From the human T2T-CHM13v2.0 reference genome, Homo sapiens, in assembly GCF_009914755.1 (NCBI RefSeq), contig NC_060925.1: 64,000 nt of DNA. One strand, 5' to 3'. Each line of letters opens with the position of its first letter. The first letter of the stretch is position 1. The position numbers and the translations under genes are program-made. The notes under the pieces are model-generated. The model saw only the letters and a program-made list of their open reading frames with translations. It was not told where the DNA came from and ran no database searches. Positions 1 through 16,814 of this stretch are shown one piece after another.

Positions 1-386
1 AAATATGAAAGCAGTGGGATAGAGAAACAGTCAATTACGCATTCATCTCATACTTAGTAGATCTGTATTTTACACAGGATAAAGTAAACAGAGAGTAGAG
101 GAAGAAGTCAAATATGCACTTATCTTGAAGGTGGGTGGAGGGATGATTTCTAGTTTTGTCTTTGTCCTGTACCTTTGAAGATAAGCTGTTGATTCACATT
201 GTCAGGGTGAGGGAGACCACTTGGTGAGCTATGTGGCCTTCTATCTTGCAGCTGTTTAGAACCAAAAGGAAGGCAGTATTTTTGTTTGTTTGTCTGTTTG
301 TTTTGTGTGACTCAGCTCCCAAGCTTAAAACTTTCCCCTTTGGCATAGTGAGCTTGGGGTCCCAGAGATTTTATTTTCCTTTCACA
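1..386 (-). mobile_element. MER4-family ERV1 LTR (cut by window edge)
   Basis: Reverse complement begins TGTGAAAGGAAAATAAAATCTCTGGGACCCCAAGCTCACTATGCCAAAGGG, the MER4-type LTR start. Confidence 0.75.
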
Positions 387-725
387 TGTGGATGTCTGAA
401 ACCTCAGATAGAACCAAACCCCCTGTGTACCATGTTATTTTGACCTGAACATATACTGTGTTTTTTCTATGTGATATCTCACACGTCTACTAGCGGGTGG
501 GTAGCATACACAGTATGGATACACGGGATAAATGGATGATTCATGTCTTGGATAGGAGGGAGCAGAATGGCATGAGAGTTCATCGTGCAAGTCTGAGGGT
601 GCACAATTTAAAACCTAGAAATTATTTATTCCTCGAATTTTTCCATTTAAAATTTTTGGACTGTGGCTGACTGCAAGTAACTGAAACCAAGGAAAACAAA
701 GCCATGGATAAGGGGCACTACTGTA
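387..725 (-). mobile_element. MER44 (Tigger7-derived) DNA transposon, interrupted by the MER4 LTR
   Basis: Ends ...GCCATGGATAAGGGGCACTACTG-TA (TIR plus TA); clearly similar to the copy at 55024-55353. Confidence 0.7.
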
Positions 726-729
726 CTCA

Positions 730-1531
730 CAGCATTTGTGACACCAATTGTGTGTAGGTTTCCTTCCCCACACCAACAAATTCCCTCTCTGGGTATCCTG
801 CAATTTAATTCAATTCTGACAAGAACTACCTGGAGTTGGTATCAGACTCCACAGGCTTAAGGGTTCAGTCCCACAAAACTGCCCTCACTTTGGAGGCTAC
901 TTGCAAATAGAGGGTCCCCAGGTTACTCACACTTCTGTCTGACTTGGCTACAAATCAGGGGTTCCCATGACTCCCCTTCAGTTTCAGTAATTTGCTAGAA
1001 TGGCTCACAAACTCAGAAAAATTATTTACTTTCTCTCACTGATTTACTATACACAACACAACTCAGGAACAGCCAAATGGAAGAGAGGCATAGATCTAGG
1101 TATGGAGTGGGGGTTGCACAGAGCTTCCCTTCCCTCTCCCGACACTGCCCTCCCAGCACCTCCATGTGTTCAACCCAGAAACTCTCCAAACCCTGTCGTT
1201 TAGGGGTTTTTATGGTGGCTTGATCGGTTAAATCAATGGTCATTAGTAATTGAACTCAATCTCCAGCCCCTTCCTGGAGGTTGGTGGGGAGTCTGGACAT
1301 CCAACCGTCTAACCACATGGTTGGTTCTTTTGGCAAGCAACCTTCATCCTAAAACCCTCTAGAGGCTTTTCCAAAGTTATTGGCATAAACTCAGGTGTGG
1401 TTGAAAGGGCTTATTATGAGTAACAAAAGACTCTCTTCTTATTCCTGTCACTCAGAGAATTCTAAGGGTTTTAGAAGCTCTGTGCCAGGAACCAGGGACA
1501 CAAACCAAATATGTATTTCTTATTATCATAC
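730..1531 (-). mobile_element. MER21-family LTR
   Basis: Reverse complement TGATAATAAGAAATACATATTTGG...GTTCCTGGCACAGAGCTTCTAAAACCCTTAGAATT matches the recalled MER21 5' end. Confidence 0.7.
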
Positions 1532-2906
1532 CTGGTATTTGCCAAAATGTGGGTCCAGGTACAAAATCCATGTTGATGTCTGGAACTTCCATCACTCTGG
1601 GGAAGGTGGCATCTTAAAAATGGGGACCCCTGAGAGTACTCATTCATTGAATATTCATTATTTACCTGACACCAAGGCTCCTACTTTTGATCAGCTGATA
1701 GTCTAATGGGGGAGGCACATAACAAGGAAGAAATCATCCAGACAATGGAAAGGTATAGAGGAATAACCAGGGCAAAGTAACATGGTCACATGAAACTCCT
1801 CTCTCTGCAATGGACCTAGTAGGTCTCTGAAACAAACACATCATTTACCAGCACTACCCCTTTCATAAGTGTCTGCAGATACTGTGGTTCAGGATTGAAT
1901 GGCTAGAATGTCGTGTTGCTCTAGAATATGTCGTAAAGCATCAGGTTCTACAGGGTGGAAATCACCCCTCCAAGCACAGAGTCATACCTGGTGCCCTTGG
2001 TTCCACAACCTTAAAGGAGACATCGCTTGCTGGAAACCAGTTCTACTGTGGCTATGGCTGTTCTTCACAGTTCTTAAGGAAGGAAGTCTAGTGAGATTCA
2101 TTGCAAAATCAGCCCAGCAGTTGCCTAATCCTCAGCAGCCTCCAAGCAGGAATCCATGTGCCAGGAACTACCACTTTGTTGTGTTTTCCATCAGGCTTCT
2201 TCTGAGCAGGGAGCTCAGAGACAATTATCTTGCTTCAGTTCCCAGCCTGACAGGTAATCAAAGCCCCCGGGCTGAAATAAAGGACTAGTATATATTCTTG
2301 CTGGCTTGTACTGTAACATTTTGCCAATTCCTTTGTACACATCCACACTTTCTGTTAAATATTTTAAGTGAAGGTAGCAGCTCAAAGAGATTTTCTGTTT
2401 CTTTATGATTTCCTTTGTACATGGCCTTCTACCTTCCCTTCTCTTTCGCTCTCCCCAAAGGCACATAGGCAACTCCAATTTTTAAAGAAATAAATATGGA
2501 GTATGTGAATTATCCAGACCTCTTACTTTTTCTCCCTGTCCTCTGCCTGATGACTTCCCCATTGTTGGTCAGGGTCCTATTGCCTACAAATACAGGCAGA
2601 GGGAAAGAGTGAAAATGGGTTCATTGCATTATGTTTTTATATCTTTGGTTTGACAATAAATGGGGAAAGGGCAAGTTAAATCTACTAACAAGTAATGCTT
2701 GAGGTTATCTGTGGATTACAAATAAAATGGTAAATGTCTCACCCTCTCTTTTCTTCTCAGCGATGTGTATTTCTTATCCCTTTTTTGTGAGACTTTCCTG
2801 AGGATTCCAGGCTGGAACTAATTCTAACAGACTGATGCATATGTGTAGGTGGGAAAGTTACAGTGCATGGGACAAATCTGATCAGACCCAGAATGGAATT
2901 TTTTAA

Positions 2907-3279
<373 letters not shown>

Positions 3280-4071
3280 TTAAACTGGATCTAATTTATT
3301 GATAATGTTATCAATATCCTAAAGACATTTTGAATTTCCAAAAGTGTCAAACAAAGGGGACTCACCTTCTCCAAGCTATGGTCTAAAATCTCTTTTTGCT
3401 TTCTTCATTTGGCCATTGTCATGGGGTAATGCAAGAAGAGCAAGACAAAATAAAAATCTTCCACAGTGTTTGACTAATCTAAGGCCAATAGCAAGCCATC
3501 GTATAAGAAGGAATCAGGCTTTAGTTATGGAGTAAAAAGAGTAAAATGAATCCTATCTCGGGAGAAAAAAAATCATAAACTTAAAATTTTACTTTTCCTC
3601 ATTAAGAAAGTGCAAAGACTTCAGGATTTTAGAGTTGGTAGAATGATTGACCACTTTGTTACACCAGAATATGGCGAACTCGTCCACTACTGAAATTTGC
3701 TTTCTTATTTTGTTTGTCCAATGTATTTTAAGGAGCTAGGACTCAATTTCTCAACCCTGAATCTACATTATGTAGCATTGCTTGTCAGGTCATGTATATT
3801 TTTCTTGACTAGTGTTTATTTAATTCTCATTTAATAATCCCCATAGCAAAGAAAGCAAAAGGAGTGTTGAAATGATTCTTCCTCTCAATCAGAATATGGT
3901 AAAATGAACAATGTTCTCCAGATCCACTCCGAGTAGGGTTGGCAGATAAAATATAGGATTCCCAGTTAAATTTGAAGTTCAGATAGTTGATGAATTATTT
4001 TTGAAGTGTAGGTATTTCCCAAATACTGCAAAGGTTATTCTTATACTAAAAAACTCTCTTGTGTATCTGAA

Positions 4072-4324
<253 letters not shown>

Positions 4325-5507
4325 TCTGAAATTTAAATTTAACTAGGTGTCCTATAATTTTATGGGATTACAGGTGCCCGCCACCATGCCTGGCTAATTT
4401 TTGTACTTTTAGTAGAAATGGGCTTTCACCATCTTGGCCAGGCTGGTCTTGAACTCCTGACCTCGTGATCCACCCACGTTGGCATCCTCTGAAATTTAAA
4501 TTTAACTAGGTGTCTTATAATTTTATGGGCTAACTCTAGAAAGCTAGCTCCAGGAGCATATTTAGTAAGCTATGAATTAGAACCAGAGTAGTCTTTTATT
4601 ATAGTTTTTAAATGATTCTAGTCCAGCCAATGAGGTCTGAGTGTCCCCATGAAGGAGGAAAACAGTTTGGTGACATAGAAGTCACAGGGGCTGAGGACCT
4701 GGGAGCAATGCTGGCTTGGGTTGTTTACTGGTTGTTTGTCTTTGGGCAAAACGCTCCAAGCTCTTTTAGCCTCAACATCTTCATCTGCAAACTAGGGGTT
4801 TGAACTGTTTTCTAGCTGCTCTTGGGGGGCCTAGGTTTTCTTGGCACACTCTCTAGAGTTCTCTGGATTGAGGAAGATGAGCACAAACAGCTGAACTCCA
4901 GACCTCGATTCTGCTTCAACACGAGAAGCTACATTTTGGGTTCCCTTAGCATTAGATATTGCTAAGATATAGTGTTTGGGGGCTTAAATTAAAGAACGAA
5001 AGATAGCAAACCATCAGTGTAGATATTTCCAAGGATTCTCCCAGTTCTAAGTGTCACAGAGGTCTTTAAGGGACACTGCAGGGAGAAAAAAGAGTGAGAC
5101 TCAATCGTCTGAGAAACTGAAAAAGAAACATGCGTTGACTTTGACCATCATGTCTGCAAAGGAGACCCTATTTGCTTCTATTTTCTATGAGCTTTATTTT
5201 CCTCCTGTGGGTATAATAGTATGTGTTTCCCTTCCCCGTGCTGAAATAATCTGCCAAAGGAAAGTGCTCTGGGAATGCTAATGAAGTTTTATGGACAGTA
5301 GATTTGAGGATAGAAGCTGCACAGAGAGAAAAGAGAATTTAAAGGCATCCCAGGATAGAGCTTAACTGGAGACTGAGAGAGTTTTCTAAGCAACATCCCT
5401 ATGTCCAGGTTATTGAGTGCGTTGCTACACCAAAGGATGACAAATTCATTCACTACCACAATTTTCCTTCTTATTTTATTTGTTGAATACATTTCAGAAG
5501 CTGTAAC

Positions 5508-5685
5508 TCCATTTTTCAACCCCGGATGCACATTACAATTTCCTGGGAAGTTTTTAAATAATATTGATGCCAAGGCCTTGTTCTTAGGGGTTATTCTTTG
5601 ATTAGTTTAAGTTGGGGCCCAGGTGTTAGGCATTTTTTAAAAGCTTCTATTGTATCCTAATGTTTAGCCACAGCTGAGAACCACT
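5508..5685. mobile_element. MER5-type hAT-Charlie MITE
   Basis: TTTTCAACCCCGGATGCACATTACAATT...CAGCTGAGAACCACT terminal inverted repeats. Confidence 0.65.
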
Positions 5686-6199
5686 CAGAATGTGTGCAGA
5701 TCTCCCTCTCATCGGTGCCATTAACTGGCTCTTCCCTCCTGAGGTTGGGGTAAATGGCCTCTGCTCAGCTCTAAGACCGACTGCAATGGTGTGCAGTAGG
5801 TCCCATCCGCTCCCCATGTTAACCTCAAGTTGTCCCCCACTCGCCTGTAGCATCATATTTTCTCCCTGACCTTTCTCTTATATAGGCAAGCATGCCAATA
5901 ATCATCCCCATGCTTACAGTAATCTCTCTTGATCCCACATCAAACTTCAACCTCTGCCTAAATACTCTGCCTTTCTTAGATCAAAGTTCTTTAAGAGCTT
6001 TCTGCACTAAAGGTTTACATGTTTTTACCTCCCAGTCTCTTATTTCATTTTTGTTGCATTTTATACTTAGAAAAGAATAGATGCAACACATATGTAATAT
6101 ATGAAGCCTCATAATAAAACAAATTTCTGTGACCTCTGCATCACATTTCAGATTGTAATGTTACTAGCACCATGTTTGCTTCCAATTCACTTTTTAAAA

Positions 6200-6495
6200 A
6201 TTTTATAGTTATTTTTAAAGGTGTTGAATGAGGACAAAAGATTGTCTATAATGTTTGTGCAGGTAAAAAGTGAGAAAATAAAAAGAAAGTGAACACTCAT
6301 GTATGCACCACAGCCTGTAATACAACATTGCTAGTCTGTTGACCCCCTTCTGTGACTTTCCTATCCCACCACCTTTCCCCCATCCCAAGTAAATTTTCCA
6401 CCAAATTTTGTATTCAGCATGCATTTGCTTTTCATAATAATTTACCATGGTTACATCCTTCAGCAATGTTTAGTCTAGCCTGTTTTTGTACTTTA
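6200..6495 (-). mobile_element. Old L1M (L1ME-like) 3' fragment
   Basis: Degenerate similarity to antisense L1ME 3' UTR. Confidence 0.4.
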
Positions 6496-6791
6496 TCCAA
6501 GTTTTTCTTATCTCCCTCCAATTGAGTGTTCATTCCAACCACGAACCTGACAAATACAAGGCTAACCCTCTAGCCTTGTATCATCAGCCCCCAGCTCCAT
6601 TGGACACTCTTGATTTCTGTCTCCTTCTTGATCACATTGGATGGGGCACTCTAAGATCCTCCCACCCACCTCACACGAGTTCCTTTTTTTTCAGTTCCCT
6701 ATATTGGATGCTTCTCCTCTTGCCATATTCTATGTATTAGAATACCCAGAACTCAGTCCTCATACATCTTGCCTGTCTAAGCTCACTTTTT

Positions 6792-7598
6792 GGCCAAGAA
6801 ACATATGAAAAAAATGCTCAACATCATTAATTATCACAGAAATGCAAATCAAAACCACAATGAGATACCATCTCACACCAGTAGGAACGGCTATTCTTAA
6901 AAAGTCAAAAAATAACAGATGCTGATGAGGCTGTGGAAAAAGGGAACACTTAGACACTCTTGGTGGGAGGGTAAATTAGTTTATCCACTGTGGAAAGCAC
7001 TTTGGAGATTTCTCAAAGAAATTAAAACAGAACTGCCATTCCACTCAGCAATCCTATGACTGGGTGTGTACCCAGAGGAAAATAAATCATTCTACCAAAA
7101 AGGCACGTGCACTCACATGTTCATCGCAGTACTATTCACAATAGCAAAGACATGGAATCTACCTAGATGCCCATCATCATTGGATTGGATAGAGAAAATA
7201 TGGTACATGTGCACCATGGAATACTATGCAGCCATAAAAAAGAATGAATTATGTCCTTTGCAGCAACATGAATGCAGTGGGAGGCCATTATTCTAAATGA
7301 ATTAGTGCAGGTACAGAAAACCAAATACCATGTGTTCTCATGTGTAAGTGGGAGCTTAACAATGGGTACACATAGGCATAAAGATGGCAACAATAGACAC
7401 TGGGGACTCCTAAAGGGAAGAGACAGGGAGTGGGGCAAGGACTGAAAAACTGCCTATTAGGTACTATGCTCACTATCTGGGTGACAGGATCATTTATACC
7501 CCAAACCTCAGCATCACACAATATACTCATGTAACAAACCTGCCCATGTACCCCCTGAATCTAAAATAAAAGTTGAAAGTATATAAATAAATAAATAA
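6792..7598 (+). mobile_element. L1PB/late-L1PA 3' end inserted in an L2
   Basis: ORF2 C-terminal remnant (CTHMFIAVLFTIAKTW), 3' UTR, A-rich tail, TSD CTCACTTTT at 6782 and 7603. Confidence 0.9.
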
Positions 7599-7611
7599 CT
7601 CACTCACTTTT

Positions 7612-8565
7612 CCAGGTGACCTTATTAGTCCAGTAGTTATAAGTGCCATAGATCTGCTGAAAAGACTCTCGGAATCTACTCCCTTCTGAGCTCCAATTGG
7701 TATATTCAACAGCTTCCTTGAAATCTCCACTTAGATACCTAATATCCGTTCTCAAATGTAGCATGTGGAAAGTATAATTCTTTGTTTTCCTTACCAAACT
7801 GCTTCTCTCCAAGCCTTTCTCATCTCAGTAAATGGCAATTGCATTCTACCAGTTACTTGGGCCAAAATTTGAAATTCTTGGAGTCATTTTCAAATCCTTT
7901 TTTTCTCTCTCTCTCACAAATAGCACATCCAATCCATGGCAAATCCTGTGAGCTCTATCTTTGGAACCCATCCTGAATCTGCCCACTCCTTACTTCCTTC
8001 ACCACTATCATCTTAGCGAGAGCTTGATTATGTCTTGCCTGGATCCTGTGAGATCAGCCAATCTGGTCTCTCTTCTTCCATCTTGCTTGCCCTCTGCCCA
8101 TCCCCACTCCAGCTAATCAGCCAGAATGATCTTTCTGAAACCTTAATCAGACATTACCCCATCCTTCTCCAAGCCCTCCAGAGGCTCCCTGGCACACTAA
8201 AGTCCAGACTCAAGACCTTACAGGATATGGCTCCTGGATTCCTTTTCAGCTTCACATCCTACCTCCTTTTCCTTGCTCACCCACCTTAACTACTCCAGCT
8301 TCTGTTCCTCAAATGCCAAGTCCATTACCATAGCCTTTGCATTTATTATTGCTTCTACCTACAACATCAATATCTATTCTGCTGCCTCTCTCAGGTTTCT
8401 GCTCAAACATCTACTTCCCAGAGAGGCCTTCCCTGACCACTCTATCTATAGCAGCACTTCCTAATGTAAGCATTTTAGAAATCTGGCTCACTGTTGTATT
8501 CTAGGCTTCCAGCAACAGAACTGGGTGTGTAATAAGTGCTTCATAAATATTAGTTGAATGAGAAT
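7612..8565 (+). mobile_element. L2 3' region (continues from about 6500-6790)
   Basis: Ends with L2 tail ...GTGCTTCATAAATATTAGTTGAATG. Confidence 0.75.
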
Positions 8566-9471
8566 GCTGTGATTCTGCTGTGGAGGTTTTACAATGGAGT
8601 TAGAGGGAATGAGTCATGCACTCACTCTATTAGTTAGGGATTTTGTTTCAAAGTAAGAAACAAATTAGAGCCAATCTACATAGAAAGGGGGAATTTATTA
8701 CAGAATGTAGGAATATATTATTGAAGCCAATGATAAAAGTGCAAATGCGTCTCTGAGAGAGAGAGAGAGACTGAGTCTAGGGGTCGAGGGACTCGAGAGC
8801 TGTCCCATTCTCTCCATCTCTCATCTCTGCCCTTATCTCTGTGTCTGCCTCACCCACTCTGTCCCTATTGAACAATTCCCACCAGTGGGTGGACGATGTT
8901 CAGCCTTCAGTTTCCAAGCAAGTCTAATCACTTGTAGAGAGACTGACTTCTGAAACCCAAGCCTCTGGAGAGGAAATTCTTGCTTGGCCAGTGGGCATTA
9001 ATTAATGCCCCAATGTGGCTGGAAGAACAGTACCATTTCGTACTAAGAAGCTGCCCTGGGGTCTGTCACAATTAGTGGGGAAACCATGTAGGAGTTCATG
9101 AGGACTTGGGCAAACATTTTGAAAAGATGTCCATGATCTGTTTAAACTACAATCACAAGCATCAAATGACATGGGTTACATTTTCTTTATTCCCCTGTTA
9201 GACTGTGAAATACGTCTTGTCTCCATATCCTAGAATCAAGGACTCCATATTTAAAGAAAGTTTCCTCACTACTCCACATCTGAAGCTATCACTATGACAT
9301 GGTTTCTATTACAATGAGGTAGCTAAAGCAGAAAGGCTAAGCACTAAGAATGTTTGATTGACATCAAGATCAACAGCCATTTTTCTTTTCTTTATAACAA
9401 TGCTTAACAGGAGCAAACATTAAAGAACATTATACTTAGAAGTGATGCACTAGGGCAACTATTAAAATGAT

Positions 9472-9527
9472 TTTTTTCTTTAGATGGAGTCTCGTTCTGT
9501 CACCCAGGCTGCAGTGCAGTGGCATGA
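9472..9527 (-). mobile_element. Severely 5'-truncated Alu (about 56 bp)
   Basis: T-tail plus Alu 3' end; TSD TAAAATGAT at 9463 and 9528. Confidence 0.85.
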
Positions 9528-9544
9528 TAAAATGATCTGTATTT

Positions 9545-10045
9545 TTAAAAGCCATTTGTTTTCCAGAGTCAAGAAAACCTTTTTTTGCTTTTTGAGCCAT
9601 TTATAGCTTACAACAAATTAGGTAAAGTATACTTTTGCAAAGTACATTTTTGTGAACAAAAATTTGAAGGATTTATCTTTCTCTTTCCCTGATTTCTCCA
9701 GAACCTGGAAACTATTCGTGAGTATTCTTAATTTATGGCAACATAGTTATTTGCATAAGTTCAATAAGAATGTTTTCTTTTGTAACAGGATATTGGGGAC
9801 ACCTTATTTTACCAAAGCTTTATATTTTTTCAGGTAAAGTTCCAGCAAAGCTAACTTTAAAAGAGCCTATGTGGCTAATCACTCTTCTTGTAGTACTTTA
9901 TGCAAATAATCAGGCTAAATATGATAATCCTAAAACATATTTTTTACAAAAATTGGTCTTACTATAATTTCTCTTTGATAAGAAAGGGGAACTAGAGGAA
10001 GAAAAATAATATTTCAAAGGAAATCTATAACATAGCTATTACTGG
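9545..10045 (+). mobile_element. MER4-group ERV internal fragment
   Basis: GTTATTTGCATAAGTTCAATAAGAAT and TATGCAAATAATCAGGC blocks typical of MER4/MER57-type internal sequence. Confidence 0.55.
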
Positions 10046-10113
10046 GTTCACTAAAGAAAAAACAGATTATAATACTCTTCACAATGTTTTTAGTTGACTC
10101 CCTAATGAAATAG

Positions 10114-11290
<1,177 letters not shown>

Positions 11291-11299
11291 GTATGATAT

Positions 11300-11845
11300 G
11301 CAGCACTGATTGCCGGCCAGTATCTAGTCCACCCAGCCTACCTCTCATCACCAGACTTTCCTGTGAGTGACCATCAGTCCCCTTCATACTCCATTATTTT
11401 GCAGAAGGCTGGATATTACTCCCAGTCCCATCCATCATCACATCTTCAGGGTCTTAGGTTGGCTTAAGCCAATCAGCACGATGCATATCTGCAGATCCAT
11501 TGGTTCAAGGGTGGGCATGTGTTTTAAATAAAGGTACTAGGGTTAATCCCAGAATTCTTGTTAGAATACTGAGACAAAAGCTTGCTCTCTCTCTCCTTTT
11601 ATGGAAAAAAGAATGTAGCTCCAACTGAGACTGGCAGTCTGTATATAAGCCAGTCTTAGGTTGGAAAACCTAACTCTGTGTATAGCAGAACAGAGATGGA
11701 AAGAAAATGGGTCCTTGATGACATCATTGAATTACGGAATCAATCAATGCTTGAATGCTGCCCTACCACTGGACTTTTCTTACATATGCCAATGCATCCT
11801 CTTTGTTCCTTAAGCCTGTTGATTGTATTTTCTATTATTTTTCAG
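11300..11845 (+). mobile_element. MLT1 (J/K-like) MaLR LTR
   Basis: GTCCTTGATGACATCATTGA...CCCTACCACTGGACTTTT...TTAAGCC 3' LTR signature. Confidence 0.6.
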
Positions 11846-12009
11846 TAGATAAAGTGAACAACATGTTCCAAGAAAGTAGTTTGTTTTCTTCTCCCTGGAA
11901 GTTTTAAAAATATCTCTTTATCTTTAATGTTATGACTCACTAACACATAATGACTAGATCTCTTTATTTCTTTTAGCTAAAATTTATGAAGCTTTTTATT
12001 CTCGTGATT

Positions 12010-12880
12010 CACTCCATTTATTTATTAAACAAGTGTTTTTAAACACTATGTGCTAGAGCATTTTATAATATACAAAGGATACATCAGTGAATATAACAAA
12101 GATACAACAAAGTCCCCATCCTCTTGGCAAGACAATACACAAATGAATATATATTATATATATGGATAGATAGATAGAATTTCAGATATTCAAAAGCTAT
12201 GTGAATTTAAATAAAGCAAAGGAGAAAAATAGAGATGATTGTGACTGGGGGAAGGGCATTGCTATTTGCATCATCAGAGAAGACCTCTCCTAAGAGGTGA
12301 CATTTAAGCTGAAGGACATGAGAATGAGTCATATCAGTTGTCTAAAAAATGTGGCCTTAGTAGAGTAACTAGCAAAGCCTTAAGGCTAGAATCAATTTTG
12401 TGTATTCAAGGAATAAAAAGAGAACTATTAATAGTATGATGGGAACAAAGGTGATGAAGTGAAAGCAGTAGGAGATGTTGGACAGGTAACTGGAGGTCAG
12501 ATTATTAAAGGCATGCAAGACATAGTGAGGAGTTTAAATCTTATCTTGGGGGAAACCAGGAGAACATGAGACCCCAAAAGCAAAGTGAACAACTTGTTCC
12601 GAGGAGGAGGGAGTAGCTAAATCTGCCATTGCTGCTGGTGTTCTGGAAAGGCGATGATGGCATATTGATCATGGGGTTTGGCAACACTGGTGTGATGGAG
12701 TATTGACCATAGAGTTTGGCAACGTTGGTGTTGAAGGGGTTTCCAAGGACATTGGGATGAAAGACAGATTGAATGCGTTAAAGAGAGGCCTTAAACTTGG
12801 GCCAGTCAACATACACAAGTCATTTGAGGAGCTCTCTATAAAGGAAACAGAGAAATTAGAAATCCTTAAAATGGAGGATA
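12010..12880 (-). mobile_element. L2 fragments
   Basis: Antisense L2 3' end and purine-rich L2 body. Confidence 0.6.
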
Positions 12881-12885
12881 TTACA

Positions 12886-13094
12886 GGCCGGGAACGGTGG
12901 CTCATGCCTGTAATCCCAGCACTTTGGGAAGCTGAGGCAGGCAGATCACCTGAGGTCGGGAGTTTGAGACCAGCCTGGCCAATATGGAGAAACGCCATCT
13001 CTACTAAAAATGCAAAATTAGCAGGGCGTGGTGGTGGGCACCTGTAATCCCAGCTACTTGGAAGGCTGAGGAAGGAGATTTCCATGAAAAAAAA
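12886..13094 (+). mobile_element. AluS with most of the right arm deleted
   Basis: Left arm complete; right arm jumps from GGCTGAGGAAGGAGA to TCCAT and an A-tail. Confidence 0.9.
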
Positions 13095-14784
13095 GAGGAG
13101 GGGGGGCACATTACAGATGGTTTGTGTGCTGGTTTAGGTCTTTGTGAGAAAAATGATTCTGTTTCTCTTTTAAAAATTATTTCCTTCCCTTTCTCCCTTC
13201 GGTTCTCTCTGTTTTCTCAACTTCTACTTTCTATATCTGTCCTCCAGGTCTCCAAACTTTCTATTATAATTTGCACTGAAGAAATTTTCTACCAGATATT
13301 CAAAGAGACTCTTGAGCTCCATTTTCCATTTTATTACTCCACTCTTTGTTTCTATTTAGTTGTTCACACCATTTACTAAGGTAAATTTTTAAAAAGTCAA
13401 CACTTATATATACTTTTCTTTCTAAGATCTTTTAAAAATAACAGTCTATTTTTGTTTATTGATGTAATGCCCTTTTGAGTCTCTCTGAGAATATTATTTA
13501 TATCTGTTTACATCTTCTTTAATTGAATTATTAACTCAGTCTCTCTGCTTGTGTCTCAACCCCTGCTTTACATGGTAAATATACACACATGTGAGAGACA
13601 GAGAGACAGAGGGAGGCAGGGAGAGAGATTTGAGGTTAGCATGATACAACGCAAGCATTTTCCTAGCAAAGACCCATGAGCGTTAAGCTGTGTGGCTGTC
13701 CCCACTCTCATGGAGGAGGTCTTCATGTTAAGAAAAAAAAAAAAAAAAACACAGAAAGAATTGCCTAGTCCTCATCCCAGGAACAGGATCAAGCAGAAAT
13801 CATTTCATTTTGTTCCTTTCTCAGGCTTCAGCAGAAGGATGTTTAGCTAATTTCCATCTTAAAATTAATAGTATGAGCATTAGAGATATATCAGATAGGT
13901 CAATGAAGCAATGAGTTTATCAAGTAAATACATTTACACCTGGTGGGGAGGTGTGACGCCCCATATGTCTTTCATAATGTTGGCTGAATAGGAAGCACAT
14001 TGCATTCATTTTATCATTCAAGCCTCACTTAAAAGGCATGGTGACTCTGGACAGGCCTCAGTGTTCGATCTGCTCCCCTGGGCTCACAAACCAAGGACAC
14101 AGCACATTCCATCTCGGAGTCCCCCTTACCTGCCCACACTCCACCCTGTACCTCTGACCACAGCAGAAGATTTCTTTTCTCAAATACTTTTTCAATCACC
14201 TACAAAATATTAATAAAATAAAACACATATTACATTCATGCACCACAAGTCAATGAGTTCCTCAGGTGGACATTATTTTTGTTGTCCTGCTGAAATTGCT
14301 ACTTATTGTAAGTACTAGACTAAGGCACACGAGGTCTGGTAGGATTTGGTAAAATTTCAATTGGAATGTTCCATGATAACATAGGTTCATCTGGGATGGG
14401 GAGGGTGAAGAAGGATGAAAAGATCACCTGCATGCAGCCTTGGAAAAGAGGCACCAGTTTTGTTTAACGTTGTGCCAGAGAGTGGCCGGATATAAGAAGG
14501 AAGCATAGGCAATCACTAAGAAGCATTTCTGTGGCAGCCTGAAGCCATGTCAATAAATCGTTTCCAGTGAAATCCCTTTTAATTACTTTTTCATTTAAAC
14601 GCGTGTGATGCTCAGCAGCATTCATTCATGGCTGAGACTCTCTACTCACGCTAAAGAAGACAAGAAGCCACAAGTCCGGGTACAGAACACTGGGCAGCCA
14701 CCAAAGTACCTTTCAGGCAAGGACTGAGAGATTTGTCCCCAGGTCCCAAAGTATAAGATGTGGTTTGGGACTGGGTTGTTCATT

Positions 14785-16020
<1,236 letters not shown>

Positions 16021-16561
16021 ACATTGGGTAGAAAGATACTCTACCCTATGCCTACTCCTTTCAGAAGAGAAATGATGGTTTTTCCTTTTCACAAGTTCTT
16101 AAATCTACATGCCATCCACCACCACAGCCACCCCCAGGCTTAGGGTTCAGCTTTTCTATGATTAAGAAGAGTTAACAAGTTTTATCTTATGATACCACCT
16201 TTGTTCATCCTAAGTGTTGAGTGTTCCTTATTTCCCGCACCCGGGATGAGTGGCTAATCAAAACCTTTCTAGGACGTCATCATGTATGGATCTCTAATTA
16301 GTCATTTGATTTGCAGCAGCAGTAACTACAAGCAGACAATTTTCCCTTTGCAGCTTTGAGAAGCAGAGAGGGAGGGATAATAGTAGACATATGGTAACAA
16401 TGAATTTTAAACTTTTGCTGATGGGAACATTGACTTTACAGTTTAGAAAATAGTATCTATTTCACAGTGAGCTTATGAAAGTTGAATGAGACAATGTATG
16501 TGAACACGTCTTTTAAATTATTCACACATGTGAAGGATAACATATTTTAAGATTCAAGTCC

Positions 16562-16814
16562 TGCCCGGCATGGTGGCTAACTCCTGCAATCCCAACACTT
16601 TGGGAGGCTGAGGTGGTAGAATCAATGAAGCCCAGGAGGTTTAGACTGCAGTGAGCCAAGATCCACTGGGCAACAGAATAAGACCCTGTGAAAGAAAGAA
16701 AAGAAAAGAAAGAGAAAGAGAGAAAGAAAGAAAGAAAGAAAAGAAAAGAAAAGAAAAGAAAAGGAAGGGAGGGAAGGGAGGAAAAGAAGGGAAGGAAGGG
16801 AAGGAAGGGAAGAA
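16562..16814 (+). mobile_element. FLAM-type Alu monomer with tail expanded into GAAA/GGAA purine repeat
   Basis: Single monomer 16562-16690, then purine-only simple repeat. Confidence 0.8.
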
